A DNA stretch of 64,000 nucleotides, from positions 1,302,001 to 1,366,000 of the forward strand of contig JADEYG010000012.1 of NCBI GenBank assembly GCA_016906335.1, written 5' to 3'. Each line of letters starts with the position of its first letter. Position 1 is the stretch's first letter. Positions 14,325 through 26,702 of this stretch are shown here, one piece after another. The notes under the pieces were generated by a model. The model was not told where the DNA came from. It saw only the letters and a program-made list of their open reading frames with translations, and did not search any database. The DNA is from Novakomyces olei (Eukaryota). The position numbers and the translations under genes were made by a program.

Positions 14325-15911
14325 ATGCTGACGGGAAAGAAATTGACCCTAGCAATTTCGCTGGGTTGCGGCTCAGGATTTACTCTATTTGGTTATGATC
14401 AAGGTGTATTTGGTGGTGTTCTCACCAATACGGCTTTCAAGGAAACTTTCAATGATCCAAGTGCCATTGTCCAGTCTCAAATGGTCTCAACTTATTATTT
14501 GGGAGCTGTTTTTGGAGGGTTGGCGTCTAATTATGTTGGAGACAAATTGGGAAGAAGAGCTTCCATCTTGTTTTCTTCAGTTTGGTTAACAATTGGAGGC
14601 ATTCTTCAGGGTACGGCTTTTGGCCTCCCACAAATGATCATTGGTCGGCTTACGTCTGGCGTGGGTCTCGGTATCATGACGACGCAAATCCCGGTTTATA
14701 CCACTGAAACAATGGAAAAGAACAAACGTGGACTCTTTATTGCCTTTGAACTTGTCCTAGTTGTCTTTGCCCAAGTTATTGCAGCCTTTATAAACTTTGG
14801 GTTTTCTTACATGGACAGTGCGCCCGTTTCTTGGCGGTTCCCTTTAGCCATGCAGTCTGTTTTTGCCATCGTTACTTTTGCCACGGTCTTCCCCTTACCG
14901 GAAAGTCCTCGTTACATGTTGATGAAGGATAAGAGAGACGAAGCCTTTGTCGTCTTTCAGCGTTTACGGCGCGACTTGTACAATGAAGAAGAGATTCGCC
15001 ATGAATTCAAGGAACTTTGTGAGACTTTAGAGATGGAGAGGCAAAGCCAAAAAGTCAGTTTGCGAGAGATTGTGAGCAACGGTCCATCGCAAACTCTACG
15101 TCGAATCCTTCTTGGCTGTGGAACTGCAGTTATGCAACAGGCCTCAGGGGTCAATGTTGTCACTAATTATCTGCCTATTATTCTCACTGCCTCTGTTGGA
15201 TTGGGAGAAAAGCTCTCTTTGGCTTTGACTGCAGTCAATTCTATAAACTTGACAGTATTTGGTATTGTGGCAATGTTTCTCGTGGACCGTGTTGGCCGTA
15301 CTAAGCTCATGATGTGGTGCGGTGGCTGCCAGTGTATTTGCTATATTATTATTACCATTGGTGTCCGCATCGGAAGTCGCCGGCTTTCCCCTATGACGAT
15401 CCTTGCGATATATTGCTTTGGCAGCTTTTATTCAAACGGATTTCTTTCTATCCCTTGGACTTATCCGGCAGAGATTAATTCGCAGCGTATGAGGAATCGT
15501 GGTGCTTCTATCTCCACTACTGTCAATTGGCTTTGTGTCTACATTGTTGTGCTCGTAACACCTATTGGATTGGAGAATCTTGGATGGGGATTTTTCTTGA
15601 TTTTTGCCGTCTTTAATGGTCTTTTTGTTCCTCTCGTATTCTTTTGCTACGTGGAAACCGCTAAACTGTCGCTAGAGCAAATTGATTACATCTTTGAGCT
15701 CAAGCACAAGGGTGGCCGGAAAATGTCTCTAAAGCAAGCAAGGCGTATTGCCATGCAGGAGCCTATTCCAGAGTACCATGAAGCTCATGATCTACCAAAG
15801 GCAGAGGTCGTTCAAGTTGAAAATGTCGGCAGTGAAAACAAGACCGTTATTGATCAAACTTATGCTGCTTCCCACAGCAGCCAGGGCTTGGAGAATAATC
15901 GTGCCGAGTAG
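14325..15911 (+). CDS. MFS sugar porter (Stl1-like sugar/polyol:H+ symporter)
   Basis: LFGYDQG, DKLGRR, PESPRY, QQASGVN, DRVGR, YPAEINS, VETAKLSLEQID. Confidence 0.92.
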   Translation: MLTGKKLTLAISLGCGSGFTLFGYDQGVFGGVLTNTAFKETFNDPSAIVQSQMVSTYYLGAVFGGLASNYVGDKLGRRASILFSSVWLTIGGILQGTAFGLPQMIIGRLTSGVGLGIMTTQIPVYTTETMEKNKRGLFIAFELVLVVFAQVIAAFINFGFSYMDSAPVSWRFPLAMQSVFAIVTFATVFPLPESPRYMLMKDKRDEAFVVFQRLRRDLYNEEEIRHEFKELCETLEMERQSQKVSLREIVSNGPSQTLRRILLGCGTAVMQQASGVNVVTNYLPIILTASVGLGEKLSLALTAVNSINLTVFGIVAMFLVDRVGRTKLMMWCGGCQCICYIIITIGVRIGSRRLSPMTILAIYCFGSFYSNGFLSIPWTYPAEINSQRMRNRGASISTTVNWLCVYIVVLVTPIGLENLGWGFFLIFAVFNGLFVPLVFFCYVETAKLSLEQIDYIFELKHKGGRKMSLKQARRIAMQEPIPEYHEAHDLPKAEVVQVENVGSENKTVIDQTYAASHSSQGLENNRAE

Positions 15912-16354
15912 TTTTCTGCTATTGAGATCTTATAAAAATTATATTATTTTCCTGAGCTGTTGCAGATTACAAAATTTGAGGTACGGGAGATTCAGTATGT
16001 GGTATTTATCGTTCTGGCGAAGTGTTCGACTTCACTCGTTATCATTTTAAATTTTTTATTCTTTTTTTCTGATTGCTGTTTTTAAGGTAGTAACAAACTC
16101 GGAAGGATAGTTTCAAGCCAAATTAAGCGTGATGTTTGCATAGTTTAAATAAATTGATTCAGCGGCTCGATAATCTGACCTGTACAAATTAAAATTAAAA
16201 TTTCACACTCAAACAAGAAGTGCGCTAACATCTCAGTCTGACTTTTACAATTAGATAGTATCTATGGACTAGTAAGTTTTCAGTCTGCGCAATAGAAGTA
16301 GATAATCTATTTGTTTAGGCCCTTTCAAGAGTCACACAAAGCTTTTCCTGATGG

Positions 16355-16510
16355 TTTTTAGACTTAGTTATTAATTAGTGCTGAATCAATATATTCGCCC
16401 TAAGGTTAGCCCTTTTCTATAAATATAAACCCTTTTTAGACTTAGTTATTAATTAGTGCTGAATCAATATATTCGCCCTAAGGTTAGCCCTTTTCTATAA
16501 ATATAAACCC
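16355..16510. repeat. Perfect 78-bp tandem duplication (2 copies)
   Basis: tttttagacttag...ataaaccc at 16355-16432 and 16433-16510. Confidence 0.95.
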
Positions 16511-16812
16511 GATAATGATGCCTAGACGGCGTATTTCTCAGCATTTTAATAATGTTATGCAAACCCGCTATATATCTTTTTTCGGCTTCCAAGTAAAAAT
16601 ACTATACTTGATTTATTGTTCCCGACCAGCCAGACACAAAGTTACGGCTATATCGGCAATGTCCCCAGATTTTCTGTGTTTCAAGCTTAAAACCAAATAA
16701 TAAAGGTTTCGAGAGATGACGTAATTGTTTTGCTTTCTCAGATTATATTTGGCAAGATTTTCGTTGCGGGTGTAAGAGTAAAGAGCAAGCATTGAGTTAT
16801 TGGTTATTGAAG

Positions 16813-17580
16813 ATGGCGCCCTCTGGTGTCGCTATAATTATTGGTGCTGGCCCTACTTCTGGAGCCGGAATTGCACGAGTCCTTGCTGATCCAGCTCAGG
16901 GCAATTTAGCAGTCGCTCTTCTAGCACGGAATGCTGATAGACTGAGTGCATTAGCAACGGATCTAACAAAATCTTCTAACGGTGGCGTTCTTCATCCGTT
17001 TCCTACTGACACAGAACCGTCGAATCTCCGCTCAACGTTTGCTAATATTGCGGCTCATCCCGAATTTAAGGGCCTCAAACTTTCATTGGCTATTTACCAT
17101 ATAAAATACAGTAGCAAAAAGCCGTTTTTGGAAGAGACTGCTGAAGCATTCGGAGACAGTTTGCAGGTTTATACTACGGGAGCGTTTACTTTTACACAAG
17201 AGGCTTTGAAGCTTATATACGGTCAAAATGGAGGACAAACTTTACTTTCCGAAACGGGTGGAGCGAAAAAGGGAACAATCATTCTAACAGGAACGATGGG
17301 AGCCTTGCGAACGAATGTGGGATACGCAGCATATGGAGCTACTCGAGCAGCCGCACGATCAATTGCTCAGGCAGTAGCAAAAGAACACAGCAAGTATGGA
17401 GTCCAGTGTGTTCATGCTATTGCAAATGGTGCTATCAAAGACGAGGACAGTGAGGAAACAAGAACCGGGAGAAAAATGAGTGCAGAAGAGGTCGGAAGGA
17501 CATATTTGTGGTTGTCCAGGCAGCCTAGTACTTTGTGGATTCATGAGCTTGATCTTAGACCTGCCCAAGAGCCGTTTTAG
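16813..17580 (+). CDS. Short-chain dehydrogenase/reductase (atypical, YxxxR)
   Basis: IIIGAGPTSGAGIAR Rossmann start, GTIILTG, YGATR, C-terminal WIHELDLRPAQEPF. Confidence 0.85.
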   Translation: MAPSGVAIIIGAGPTSGAGIARVLADPAQGNLAVALLARNADRLSALATDLTKSSNGGVLHPFPTDTEPSNLRSTFANIAAHPEFKGLKLSLAIYHIKYSSKKPFLEETAEAFGDSLQVYTTGAFTFTQEALKLIYGQNGGQTLLSETGGAKKGTIILTGTMGALRTNVGYAAYGATRAAARSIAQAVAKEHSKYGVQCVHAIANGAIKDEDSEETRTGRKMSAEEVGRTYLWLSRQPSTLWIHELDLRPAQEPF

Positions 17581-18323
17581 GAAAGTTTGGAAGAAGAAAC
17601 TGGGTTCGAGAGTGCTACGAAGATAGACTTTATTAAAAGCGCAACCAATAGCTTTTGGGAAAATTAATGGTAGCCTCATGGTGTGTTACCTCTAGGCATT
17701 GCCAAAATATATTCTCATCTTTGTAAAAATTTCATTGCTGAACTATGCAAGCACATTTCCTTAGGCCCAATATGGGTATGTGATGGATAGACAGCAACAA
17801 TCGTATTTAATAAAACTGTTTCAATTATTGATAGGTGGCACGAAGCATAAAACTAACTGAATTGAATCAATAATATTACTTAGGAGGTACAGATTATTAT
17901 CAAAAGTGTAAGGCCCTTAAAATTGTTGGGTTTTTGTCTTTCTTTAAAAATAATCGGTTTCAACTTGACTTGGTAAACATAAGAATTATGGTGTATCAAG
18001 AAAGCCAGACTCTTTTTGTTCTCATTGATAACAAATTGCTTAAATTTTGCAATCTAGTTTTTATTATGAAGCTATACTTTTCTGGGGAGCGCAAAGGTTG
18101 GAGCATTTTAGCACAACCCCATTGCGCCCGTAGTAGCTAGTTTGAAAATATTGAGTATGTTTTGAAGGTATTTTCAGAATAGGGTTAGGGCCATGTCAAT
18201 CAAAAAATTGCACCGTAAATTACTTGAGGAATGAAAGGTATAAGCGAGGGGTAAGCGAGTGTGAGCGAACTAAGGCTTTGCAAATTGCATGAACCAACAA
18301 CGTGTGGGGACCAAATATCAATA

Positions 18324-18947
18324 ATGTCTCCAGCATCTGTAGAAACTTATAAAATAGCCGTTAGCGTTGCTCTTAGGTCACTACAGCTCTTGGTGGCTGC
18401 TTGCAACGTCTTTATTTCTATCATTTACTTTATTTCCGTTGGCTTTCTTGGGTGGGGCCGTCTCGGATATTACATGGGGGTTTCTTGCATTTATTTTCTC
18501 TACTTAATAGCACTTTTTATTCCGCAGTGTGATCGTCTTTTCCCACCGCTGCTGATCTTGACTACTGATATAATTTGGACGGGTCTGTGGTTGGCTGCAG
18601 CAATTGCTGTTACCATTCTTATCGCTCCTTATGATTGCAATTATTGGGGCGCAGGAACTTTGGACTCGGGCCTTGAATGGTGCGAAATGGGGCGTGGAGG
18701 TGCCGCTATTGGATACGTCGCTGCACTATTCAGCCTAATCTCTACTTGCCTAGTGTTCTTTTGGTCGGTGAAGCCGTTTAATCTGTCGGAGGTGCAAAAT
18801 TGCAATGTTTTTGCCCTTTGTGCTATTGCGCCTGAACAAAGAAAACAACTGACAAAGCTAAAGTTAATTGAAATAATAGGAAATTCTCACGCAACTCGGC
18901 AATCTAGCAAAGCCAATGGCTCAAAAGTTTTGCTCACTACAGTCTGA
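18324..18947 (+). CDS. Four-TM membrane protein, MARVEL/membrane-associating-domain-like
   Basis: ALRSLQLL start, DIIWTGLWLAAAIA, Cys pair in the loop before the last TM; 207 aa. Confidence 0.6.
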   Translation: MSPASVETYKIAVSVALRSLQLLVAACNVFISIIYFISVGFLGWGRLGYYMGVSCIYFLYLIALFIPQCDRLFPPLLILTTDIIWTGLWLAAAIAVTILIAPYDCNYWGAGTLDSGLEWCEMGRGGAAIGYVAALFSLISTCLVFFWSVKPFNLSEVQNCNVFALCAIAPEQRKQLTKLKLIEIIGNSHATRQSSKANGSKVLLTTV

Positions 18948-19727
18948 AATATACATAGCATTTCCGGCAACAAAGCCTTCAAGCGTCGAAAACAATGAAT
19001 ATTTTGTAAATATGTGTATTTTGCCATTCATATAGATTTGATGAACGTGACAAATGGAAAGACGTATTTTAGTGATGAAAATTTTGTTTCTAAATTCTTT
19101 CTGGATTCAAATCAATGTGGCATCAAACGAAATACCCGTATCTCGATTGCTTATGTGTTGCAGTCCAAATTATGGTCACTACCTAAACAATTGTCCACTC
19201 AAGGATTGGGCGTGCAAAATAATCCTGATATAGACTTTATAAGAATGTGAGAATATCTAGACTGATAAGTAAAAAACCCCCGATTTAATGTCCACTTCAT
19301 CCCCAGTGCGCTACCAATAATTCAAGCTAATGCGTCATCCGATTTGTCTACGCTGTTGTCGAATTTTTTCTGAGCAAATTTTATGCGTCCTGGCAAAATA
19401 GCCCACGTATGGTCCAACTCAGAAACAAGTACAAGTTAACGCATATTAGATGTGTTATTCTGTCGCCACTTTGCGTTTGGGTAATGATCCGGGTAACTTA
19501 GACAAAGTTTCCACTCTGTCAATTACATTAAAATAAAACTTGCTTAATAAAGAGATTATTTTACTTCGCGGCTCAATTTTTTACTCGATCTACCATCGAT
19601 CGAAAGACCAAAATTGCTCAGAATGATATTAATCTTCTACAGCGCTATCTAAGATGCTTGACTCATGAGCATTGAATGCGGAAAAAGGAAAGCGAAAATA
19701 GGATTGATAAGCTCAGACACTGAATTA

Positions 19728-21216
19728 TTAATACACTTCATCTTCATCATCCCCTCCTTCCCAAAATATTTTTTTTCTCTCTCCTGCCTCTTTAATAATT
19801 TCATCCCAGTCACTGCCATACGGCAAAAGCTCTGCCCCTCGACCATTACTTGGGCCTGCTAGATGATACAAAAAGCCAAAATATGACTCAAATTCGGGAG
19901 CAACATGATGAAATTTATAAATATCTGGTTTTTGTTCAAGTCTACTTCTTTCCCAATCAATCTGATCTTGCCTTGAAGGCAAAATCGATCGCTCTGCAAA
20001 AACCCTGGCAATAGCAACAGCTTGATACTCAAAAACCCTGAACGAAATAGCAGATTTGGCTATACCAATAAATGTTAATGAAGGGTCATTTATTGTGAAA
20101 ACGTGCTGGTAAAGCCCAGGTATCATATGCCCTGGCAATGTGTGCTTCAAAAAGGGGAAGCAAATCACATAGCCAGTAGCAAAAATAATTTTATCAAATC
20201 CGCTCAGCTCAGTTCCGTTTGTAAAATGGAACGTTCCCCCGTTTTCAGTGGTAATATGTTTTATTTCCGGTATTTTCGCAATTTTGCTTCCATGAATATG
20301 TTTTGTTTGTCCAGAATCTGATTTTCTGAGTGAAATATAAAGCGGAGAATTCACAACTCCTTTGATATCATGCATAATATCTGCTCCCGATATATTTGCA
20401 CCAACTTGTAGCACTTTTCTGCCCTCGAACTCTGCCGGTCCCCGATATGATTTAGAATGAATAAGTTTTTCCGGATACAGCTTTTGAAAATCTGCTAGGC
20501 CTCTAATTTCTGGAATGTATGGTATATCATAGCTACCTGCAGCTACAATTAGCCCATCAAATTTTTCCGTGTACATTTTGATTTTATCGGTATTTTGACC
20601 TAGTTTTTCATGCAATTCGAGGATCCATTTTCCATTAATCTTTTCGGCACGGTGAACTAAAACATTGAGTCGGAGGTAGTTAAGGTAAGGCTCCCATAAT
20701 TCATTCAAGTATTTCAATACTGATTTGTGCGGCCTGAAAGAATGATTTTCACCATAATGCTTGATTGACTGCTCACTCCGTATTTCCGGTAAAGGCTTCC
20801 AACTGAATGACATTAACTCGGCCGGGACGTTTGTATAGAGATCGGAATAAATTGGTGATTTATTGTAAAACCGTTCCTTTTGTGGTGTTGAAAGACTGGG
20901 AAAGCTATCCCTTTCTTCGTCATAAATCCTTATCACAGCATGGTCAGTAATGTTAAAATCATTTTGCTGTTTTGATGTGATTCGATAGAGAACATCCAAC
21001 CACGAAAAGCGCTTTAGTTGCAAAACAGCTGAATTCGCGAAAGGAAAACTGCATTTTCATTATGCGAACTTACCATGTTCCTCCCGGCTGATCTCGACGC
21101 TCAAATACCACTATTCTTTCAAATACGTTCTCCTCAACTAAAGCCCTGACAGCACTCAGTCCAGAAGCACCACCGCCTACAATGGCCACTGTCTTTGTCA
21201 AAGGGCCTGCGGTCAT
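19728..21216 (-). CDS. Flavin-containing monooxygenase (FMO-like); exons 21216-21074 and 20928-19728
   Basis: VAIVGGGASG (FAD), FERRDQPGGTW|IYD, LYTNVP, LIHSKSYR, VGANISG (NADPH), IIFATGY; intron GTAAGT..TACTGAC..AAG. Confidence 0.92.
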
Positions 21217-22075
21217 TCTTTCATAATCTAAATTCGAACGTATAGAATAAATATAAATGAACAGATGGTGGTCGAGCCTGAAACTTTTGGACTAAATTGC
21301 ATAGTAAGCCATAAAAACCTTTGGCTTTTGTTATATAACGAACTTATTGTTCAAACTCTGCTTTCCAACACTCTTCTGGAGACTCAAGCAAGCGAATATA
21401 TGAAAAGGCGGAATTCGGACGTTCTCCCGAAGTGACAAAAGATCACATGATTCAAAGTTCTTTGTTATCTACCCTTAATCAAATTCATTATAATCGTAAA
21501 CAATTCTTCATAAATTGATAAATCAAATCTATTATTGCTGTTATCATCGCTAGATGTCATGTCATACTTGGTAAATATGGCTTACAATTTATGGGAGTCA
21601 CCTGCACGAGGGATTCACTTCTTATACAGCCGCCATGGAGAGCTAGTAGCATTGCTTGTGTGGCTGGGTAAATTCTGCAATTGAAACATAAAAAATCTAA
21701 TATGACAGCAGGCTAAAGCCTCGCTTTGAACACGCTGCGGTTTAAACGAGCACGTGACCAGTTATCGCTTAAGTGTGCACAAACAGATGCATGATTATGT
21801 AATGAAATATACTAAATATATACGAAGCGAGCAAATCAAGCGTCGGCTCGAGAAAGCTTAAGAAATGCATGTCTCAAACGATAAACGTTGAAATTCTAGC
21901 ACTGCAAATGTCAATATGTCTAGCATTAGACTTCATTATTCTTGCAGGTCGTCGTATGGCCTTGTAGGTTTAATTCCCAACCATATAAATGGACACCCAC
22001 AGCAATAAAGCGTACTAATCAAAATATAAATATTGGATAAGCTTAATCTTAGCCGCCGTTGTTGGCAGACCCTCA

Positions 22076-23830
22076 ATGCCTCTTGATTTGAACTATACTT
22101 CGGACGAGGTACCGTTGGTCGTGCGGCGGCTCAAGCGGGCGCAAGAAGGCAAAGCATACCGGGCGTGCAATGAATGCAGAAACAGAAAAATAAAATGTGA
22201 CGAGTTGCGTCCTACCTGCTTGACCTGCGCAAAACATCAACGGTGCTGTGTTTATAATGATCGAGCTTCTAGAGAAACCGATCGCATACTGTCTTTTATA
22301 CTCTCAAAACTGAACCATTTGGAAGAAAAGATCCAGGAAAGAAATTCGCCTTTAAACTCAGTCGTCAGTCCCGCATCAACAGGATCAATTAAAGGCACAA
22401 CACAAGGCGAGCAAAATGCATTAAGCTTACAATGTCCCGATTCTAAATATTCAGCAAATGCATATCGCAATCTTGATCCGTATCATATTAGCTACGTAAA
22501 GTTATTCGCAGATTTCCACGATCCGTGTTCACATTCAGTCTTGAACTGGCCGGGACTTTTTAATACAAAATTGAGAGATTTTCATATCGACACGTCCAGT
22601 TCCAACCTGAAATCTACTTCTGCTACTGCAAACAATACTTTGCATGCCCCCGAAATTTATAAATCAGTTTCATTGTTTTTATCAGAAGTTTTCCCCCTTT
22701 ATCCTTTATTGTGTGATACAGTGTTGCAAGAGTATACGAACAATTTGCCACAACATTCACATGATTTTCCGGAATCAATTGCAACAACCATTGTTCTTCT
22801 TTGTGCAGCTCTGGGCTGTATTTCTACCACTCAAAATATTGAAGATTTACTGGGTGACGATCCTCCGGGCTTAAACTATTTTTGTAAAGCCCTGCTCATG
22901 TACAATTTTTTGGCGGAGCCTCGAGATTTGGAGCACGTTCAAATTCAGGTGCTAATTTGTCTGTATTATCGATACGCCGGTAAAATTAACCCAATGGTGA
23001 ATTGGCTATTCATGGCTGCTCAGAGTTTAAAAGCTATTGTTCAAAGCAACACCGGTTTTTGTTCGAATGTATTTCGCGCAAATACTTTTAGCCGCCTTTA
23101 CTGGGTCGCAAACTACCTTGAGCGCGACTGTTTTCGCGAATTAGGGTTAAACAGCGAACTGAAAAATTTGGAGAGTATGGTCGAATTACCCTTAGGATGC
23201 GATAGTGACTCTTCCGAGTATCTTTTAAACATATGGTTTCATTTTCTTGCTGACACTTCGCTCAACCAAATATCGCGCCGAGTCTCTGCAGTTAGTCATC
23301 AATTTGAAACTAATTTTCACACGGCAGATACGGTTGATATTTGCAGACTGCTTTTTACAACTGAGGAATTTTTGGTTCAGCTTAAGCAATGGGAAAGTCA
23401 TTTACCGGTCGTTGTGAAATGGGACACGAAAATGTTAAGCTTTCCAAACGCTGGATTACAAAAAATTACTATAGATTATTGGTACTGCCGGTATTTGCTC
23501 TATCGACCTTATCTGGCTGTGTCACTTACCCGTCAAGTCTCCGGGATTTCGACTACGGGACCAAGCAGTTTCACCTCTGATTTTCACACAAATGTGCAAC
23601 TATGTCTTATTGCGGCTTTAAATTTTGCTCAAGCTGTGCTGAATATTCAAACTTATACAGGAGACACGATAACTTGTTTGCATCGTCTTTTTTCTGTGGT
23701 TCTTGTCCTTAAGTCATTCCAGAGATCGATGTCTCCGCATGATATTTCCATTATCAGCCGATCGGAGACGTTATTGAGAGGAAACAAGCATCCTTGGATT
23801 TGTTCGGCGCTAGACCAATGCATTTACTAA
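22076..23830 (+). CDS. Zn(II)2Cys6 transcription factor
   Basis: ACNECRNRKIKCDELRPTCLTCAKHQRCC; middle region RLYWVANYLERD, LLYRPYL. Confidence 0.92.
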   Translation: MPLDLNYTSDEVPLVVRRLKRAQEGKAYRACNECRNRKIKCDELRPTCLTCAKHQRCCVYNDRASRETDRILSFILSKLNHLEEKIQERNSPLNSVVSPASTGSIKGTTQGEQNALSLQCPDSKYSANAYRNLDPYHISYVKLFADFHDPCSHSVLNWPGLFNTKLRDFHIDTSSSNLKSTSATANNTLHAPEIYKSVSLFLSEVFPLYPLLCDTVLQEYTNNLPQHSHDFPESIATTIVLLCAALGCISTTQNIEDLLGDDPPGLNYFCKALLMYNFLAEPRDLEHVQIQVLICLYYRYAGKINPMVNWLFMAAQSLKAIVQSNTGFCSNVFRANTFSRLYWVANYLERDCFRELGLNSELKNLESMVELPLGCDSDSSEYLLNIWFHFLADTSLNQISRRVSAVSHQFETNFHTADTVDICRLLFTTEEFLVQLKQWESHLPVVVKWDTKMLSFPNAGLQKITIDYWYCRYLLYRPYLAVSLTRQVSGISTTGPSSFTSDFHTNVQLCLIAALNFAQAVLNIQTYTGDTITCLHRLFSVVLVLKSFQRSMSPHDISIISRSETLLRGNKHPWICSALDQCIY

Positions 23831-25148
23831 ATTTATCTACTAAATTATATAGGCTGGCTATAGTTTAATTTTCACCTTCATCGGCGTTTAGACTCAAAAG
23901 ATCCAAGTAAAAAATAATAAATTTACATTAAATTATTCTGAATTGGAATGAATTAGCTTATACGAGTCTAGATTGAACATGAAACAACTCGATGGGTTCA
24001 TTAGTTTTAGATTGACAATGTTTTGTCAAAGTCAGAGGCATGATAAATAATAACAAACTCCACGTGGCGTCTGGTTTGACCTTGAAGCAGTGCGGGCTCG
24101 TAATTCGTAAAAACACCAAAGATCAAGAACCCTTTTATTAGAAGCACAAAGCCTTGGATAAGGTAGCGCTGTCACTTGCTCAAAGGTTTGAGACAAAAAG
24201 ATGGTCAAATTTGTTTCGACATCCAATATGCACAGAATAATTGCAGATCCCCGTTTCAAAACGTTGTTACTTTCTTATTTTGGAATGTATAAGATTTGGA
24301 CCATAACCTTATGGCATAACTTACACGGGTGTTGTAAAATATTAAGTGACCTGAATGTCTCAATCGCCTCGTGTTTACGGTCAAACTACCAGGATATAAC
24401 ATAAATATTTACGCGAAAATGTGAAGTTAGCTTGAAATCATCTTTTCTCTTGCAACATCGTGATTTGACACTTGCTTGCACTCATTCGTCTTTTAGTTGA
24501 TTATTATTCCCCCTATTTCCAATCCTATTTTGGATCCTCGTGTTACTGCGAATGTTTTTTAATTCTTCCTACTTTCTCTTCGACCTGTGGGGTTGATCAG
24601 ACAATCTTGCAGAGCATAACCGTATTAATCATCTTTGATAATGAACTCTAATTTAGAGTCATTCTTTAAATATACGGTATTTGGGCCAACATCCGAGATC
24701 TTTTCGGCATCGTGACCACGGCTCGTCAACGAGCTAAGAAACCTTGTTTATGAGAAAATGATGCCTTTCGTCTTGACACGGGAATGAGATTAATATTTAA
24801 GCAAGGTGCTGATCCGATAATGAAGTCGGGTAATCTTGGCTTTTATCCTCGAAGCCTAACTTAAGGTCGTTAAATCGAGGAGACTTTACATTATACCTAA
24901 CGGACAAGGTCGGACAGTCAGTCTTGACGACTTTATTTGATATGCTCATACATCCTAGTATTTAATTCCGATTGTCTGAGAGCAAAATTCTTAGATTTGA
25001 TTATTGGTCAGCAGTGGGGCGGAAGGCTTTTTTAATTTGAAAGTGGTCTCACAAGTGATCTAGTATTGAATTCAAAGTTAAACGGACACCAGGTTGCACA
25101 ATAAATACATATATATATTGGCCCTCTGAATATTGATTTTGCGTAGCA

Positions 25149-26702
25149 ATGTCTGTTACGGAGGCCCTAAGGGTCTATCCACACAAGAAATGGTACTATA
25201 ACCGGAATTTGCGCCGGCTATATGTTCTCGTCGTATTTTCGGTTATTTTCGTTCACACCAGCGTCGGCTTCGATTCCTCCATTGCAGGAAGCGTTCAAAT
25301 GGTCGATTCGTGGCAAGAAGATTTTTGTCATCCCAAGGGAGGCATTTTGGGTCTTTTTACAGCGTCATACTCTATTGGATCCATCGTTTGTTTGCCACTG
25401 GCTGCCTACGTATCTAATCGATTTGGTAGACGCTGGGGGATTTTTATCGGTGCTGGAATTACTCTTGTCGGTGTGATTTTGCAAACCGCTGCTTCTACCG
25501 TTACGCAATACGTCATCGGTAGAATTGTTATTGGCTTTGGCGACGGATTTTCAATGGCTTCAGCCCCCGCTTTTGTAGCTGAACTAGCTCATCCTGCCGA
25601 TAGACCGCAACTCAATACATTTTTTAGCAGTTTTTGGAACTTTGGCTCCGTTGTAGCTGCTTGGACGACCTTTGGAAGTTACAGAATTACGGGTGGGTGG
25701 GCCTGGCGTCTTCCATGTCTACTTCAAGGCTTTTGGACAGTTTGTGCGTTCGGACTAGTTTGGTTTCTACCGGAGAGCCCACGCTGGCTAATTGGTCATG
25801 GCAAATTTGAACAGGCCCGCCAGATTCTTATAAAGTATCATGGTGATGGAGATGCTTCCGATCCTATTGTTGACGTGGAGTATAAAGAGATTCGAGCTTA
25901 TATACAGAGGGAAAAGGATGCGGCAGACACACGCAAATGGTACGAATTGTTAAGTACGAAGGGCAATCAAAGACGGTTTTTGATTCTGTTTTTCCTCGGA
26001 ATATTTCAGCAATGGTCGGGTGTTACGCTGGTACACGCTTACCTGAATTCTTCTCTAACCACTATTGGCGTGACGTCCCCTAATTCGAAGAACTTGATCG
26101 GTGGAATCCTCTCTATTTGGGCTTGGGTCTGCTCACTATTTGCTTCGCTTAATATTGAGAGAATCCAAAGAAAAAAACTTTTTCTAATAGGCACTTTTGG
26201 ACTTTGGGCAGTGTTCGTTTCGTGGACGGCTACCTCTGCTATTTATGTTGAACGTAGCATTGGGTCGGCTGCAAATGGTGTAATTGCTATGATCGTCTTA
26301 TACGTCACTGTGTTCAACTTATCTTGGAATCCACTGCCATTTTTGCACGCGGACGAAATTTTGACTTACCAGCTTAGATCAAGGGGATCTTCATTTTACC
26401 TTGGCGTTCAGCAATCTGCGTTGATTTTTAATCTTTTCGTGAATGCAATTGCTATTGAACATATCAGTTGGCGGTATTATATTGTCTATGATGTTTGGTT
26501 GCTGGTCGTTGCTCTTATTATCTATGTTTTATTCGTGGAAACGAGAGGCCTTTCACTCGAGCAAATTGGTGATTTATTTGATAGTCCGGAAAACGAAAAG
26601 ATTTTCGGTAAAGCGAAGCTTCCCGATCGTCATGGGAATGGTAATGATGTTGTGGACGGAACAAAGGTTGATGGCACTACGGTTGTCAAGGAAGTTTATT
26701 AG
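25149..26702 (+). CDS. MFS sugar porter, lactose/cellodextrin permease (Lac12-like) subfamily
   Basis: GFDSS, NRFGRR, ELAHPADR, AWRLPCLLQ, PESPRWL, QQWSG, VETRGLSLEQI. Confidence 0.9.
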   Translation: MSVTEALRVYPHKKWYYNRNLRRLYVLVVFSVIFVHTSVGFDSSIAGSVQMVDSWQEDFCHPKGGILGLFTASYSIGSIVCLPLAAYVSNRFGRRWGIFIGAGITLVGVILQTAASTVTQYVIGRIVIGFGDGFSMASAPAFVAELAHPADRPQLNTFFSSFWNFGSVVAAWTTFGSYRITGGWAWRLPCLLQGFWTVCAFGLVWFLPESPRWLIGHGKFEQARQILIKYHGDGDASDPIVDVEYKEIRAYIQREKDAADTRKWYELLSTKGNQRRFLILFFLGIFQQWSGVTLVHAYLNSSLTTIGVTSPNSKNLIGGILSIWAWVCSLFASLNIERIQRKKLFLIGTFGLWAVFVSWTATSAIYVERSIGSAANGVIAMIVLYVTVFNLSWNPLPFLHADEILTYQLRSRGSSFYLGVQQSALIFNLFVNAIAIEHISWRYYIVYDVWLLVVALIIYVLFVETRGLSLEQIGDLFDSPENEKIFGKAKLPDRHGNGNDVVDGTKVDGTTVVKEVY

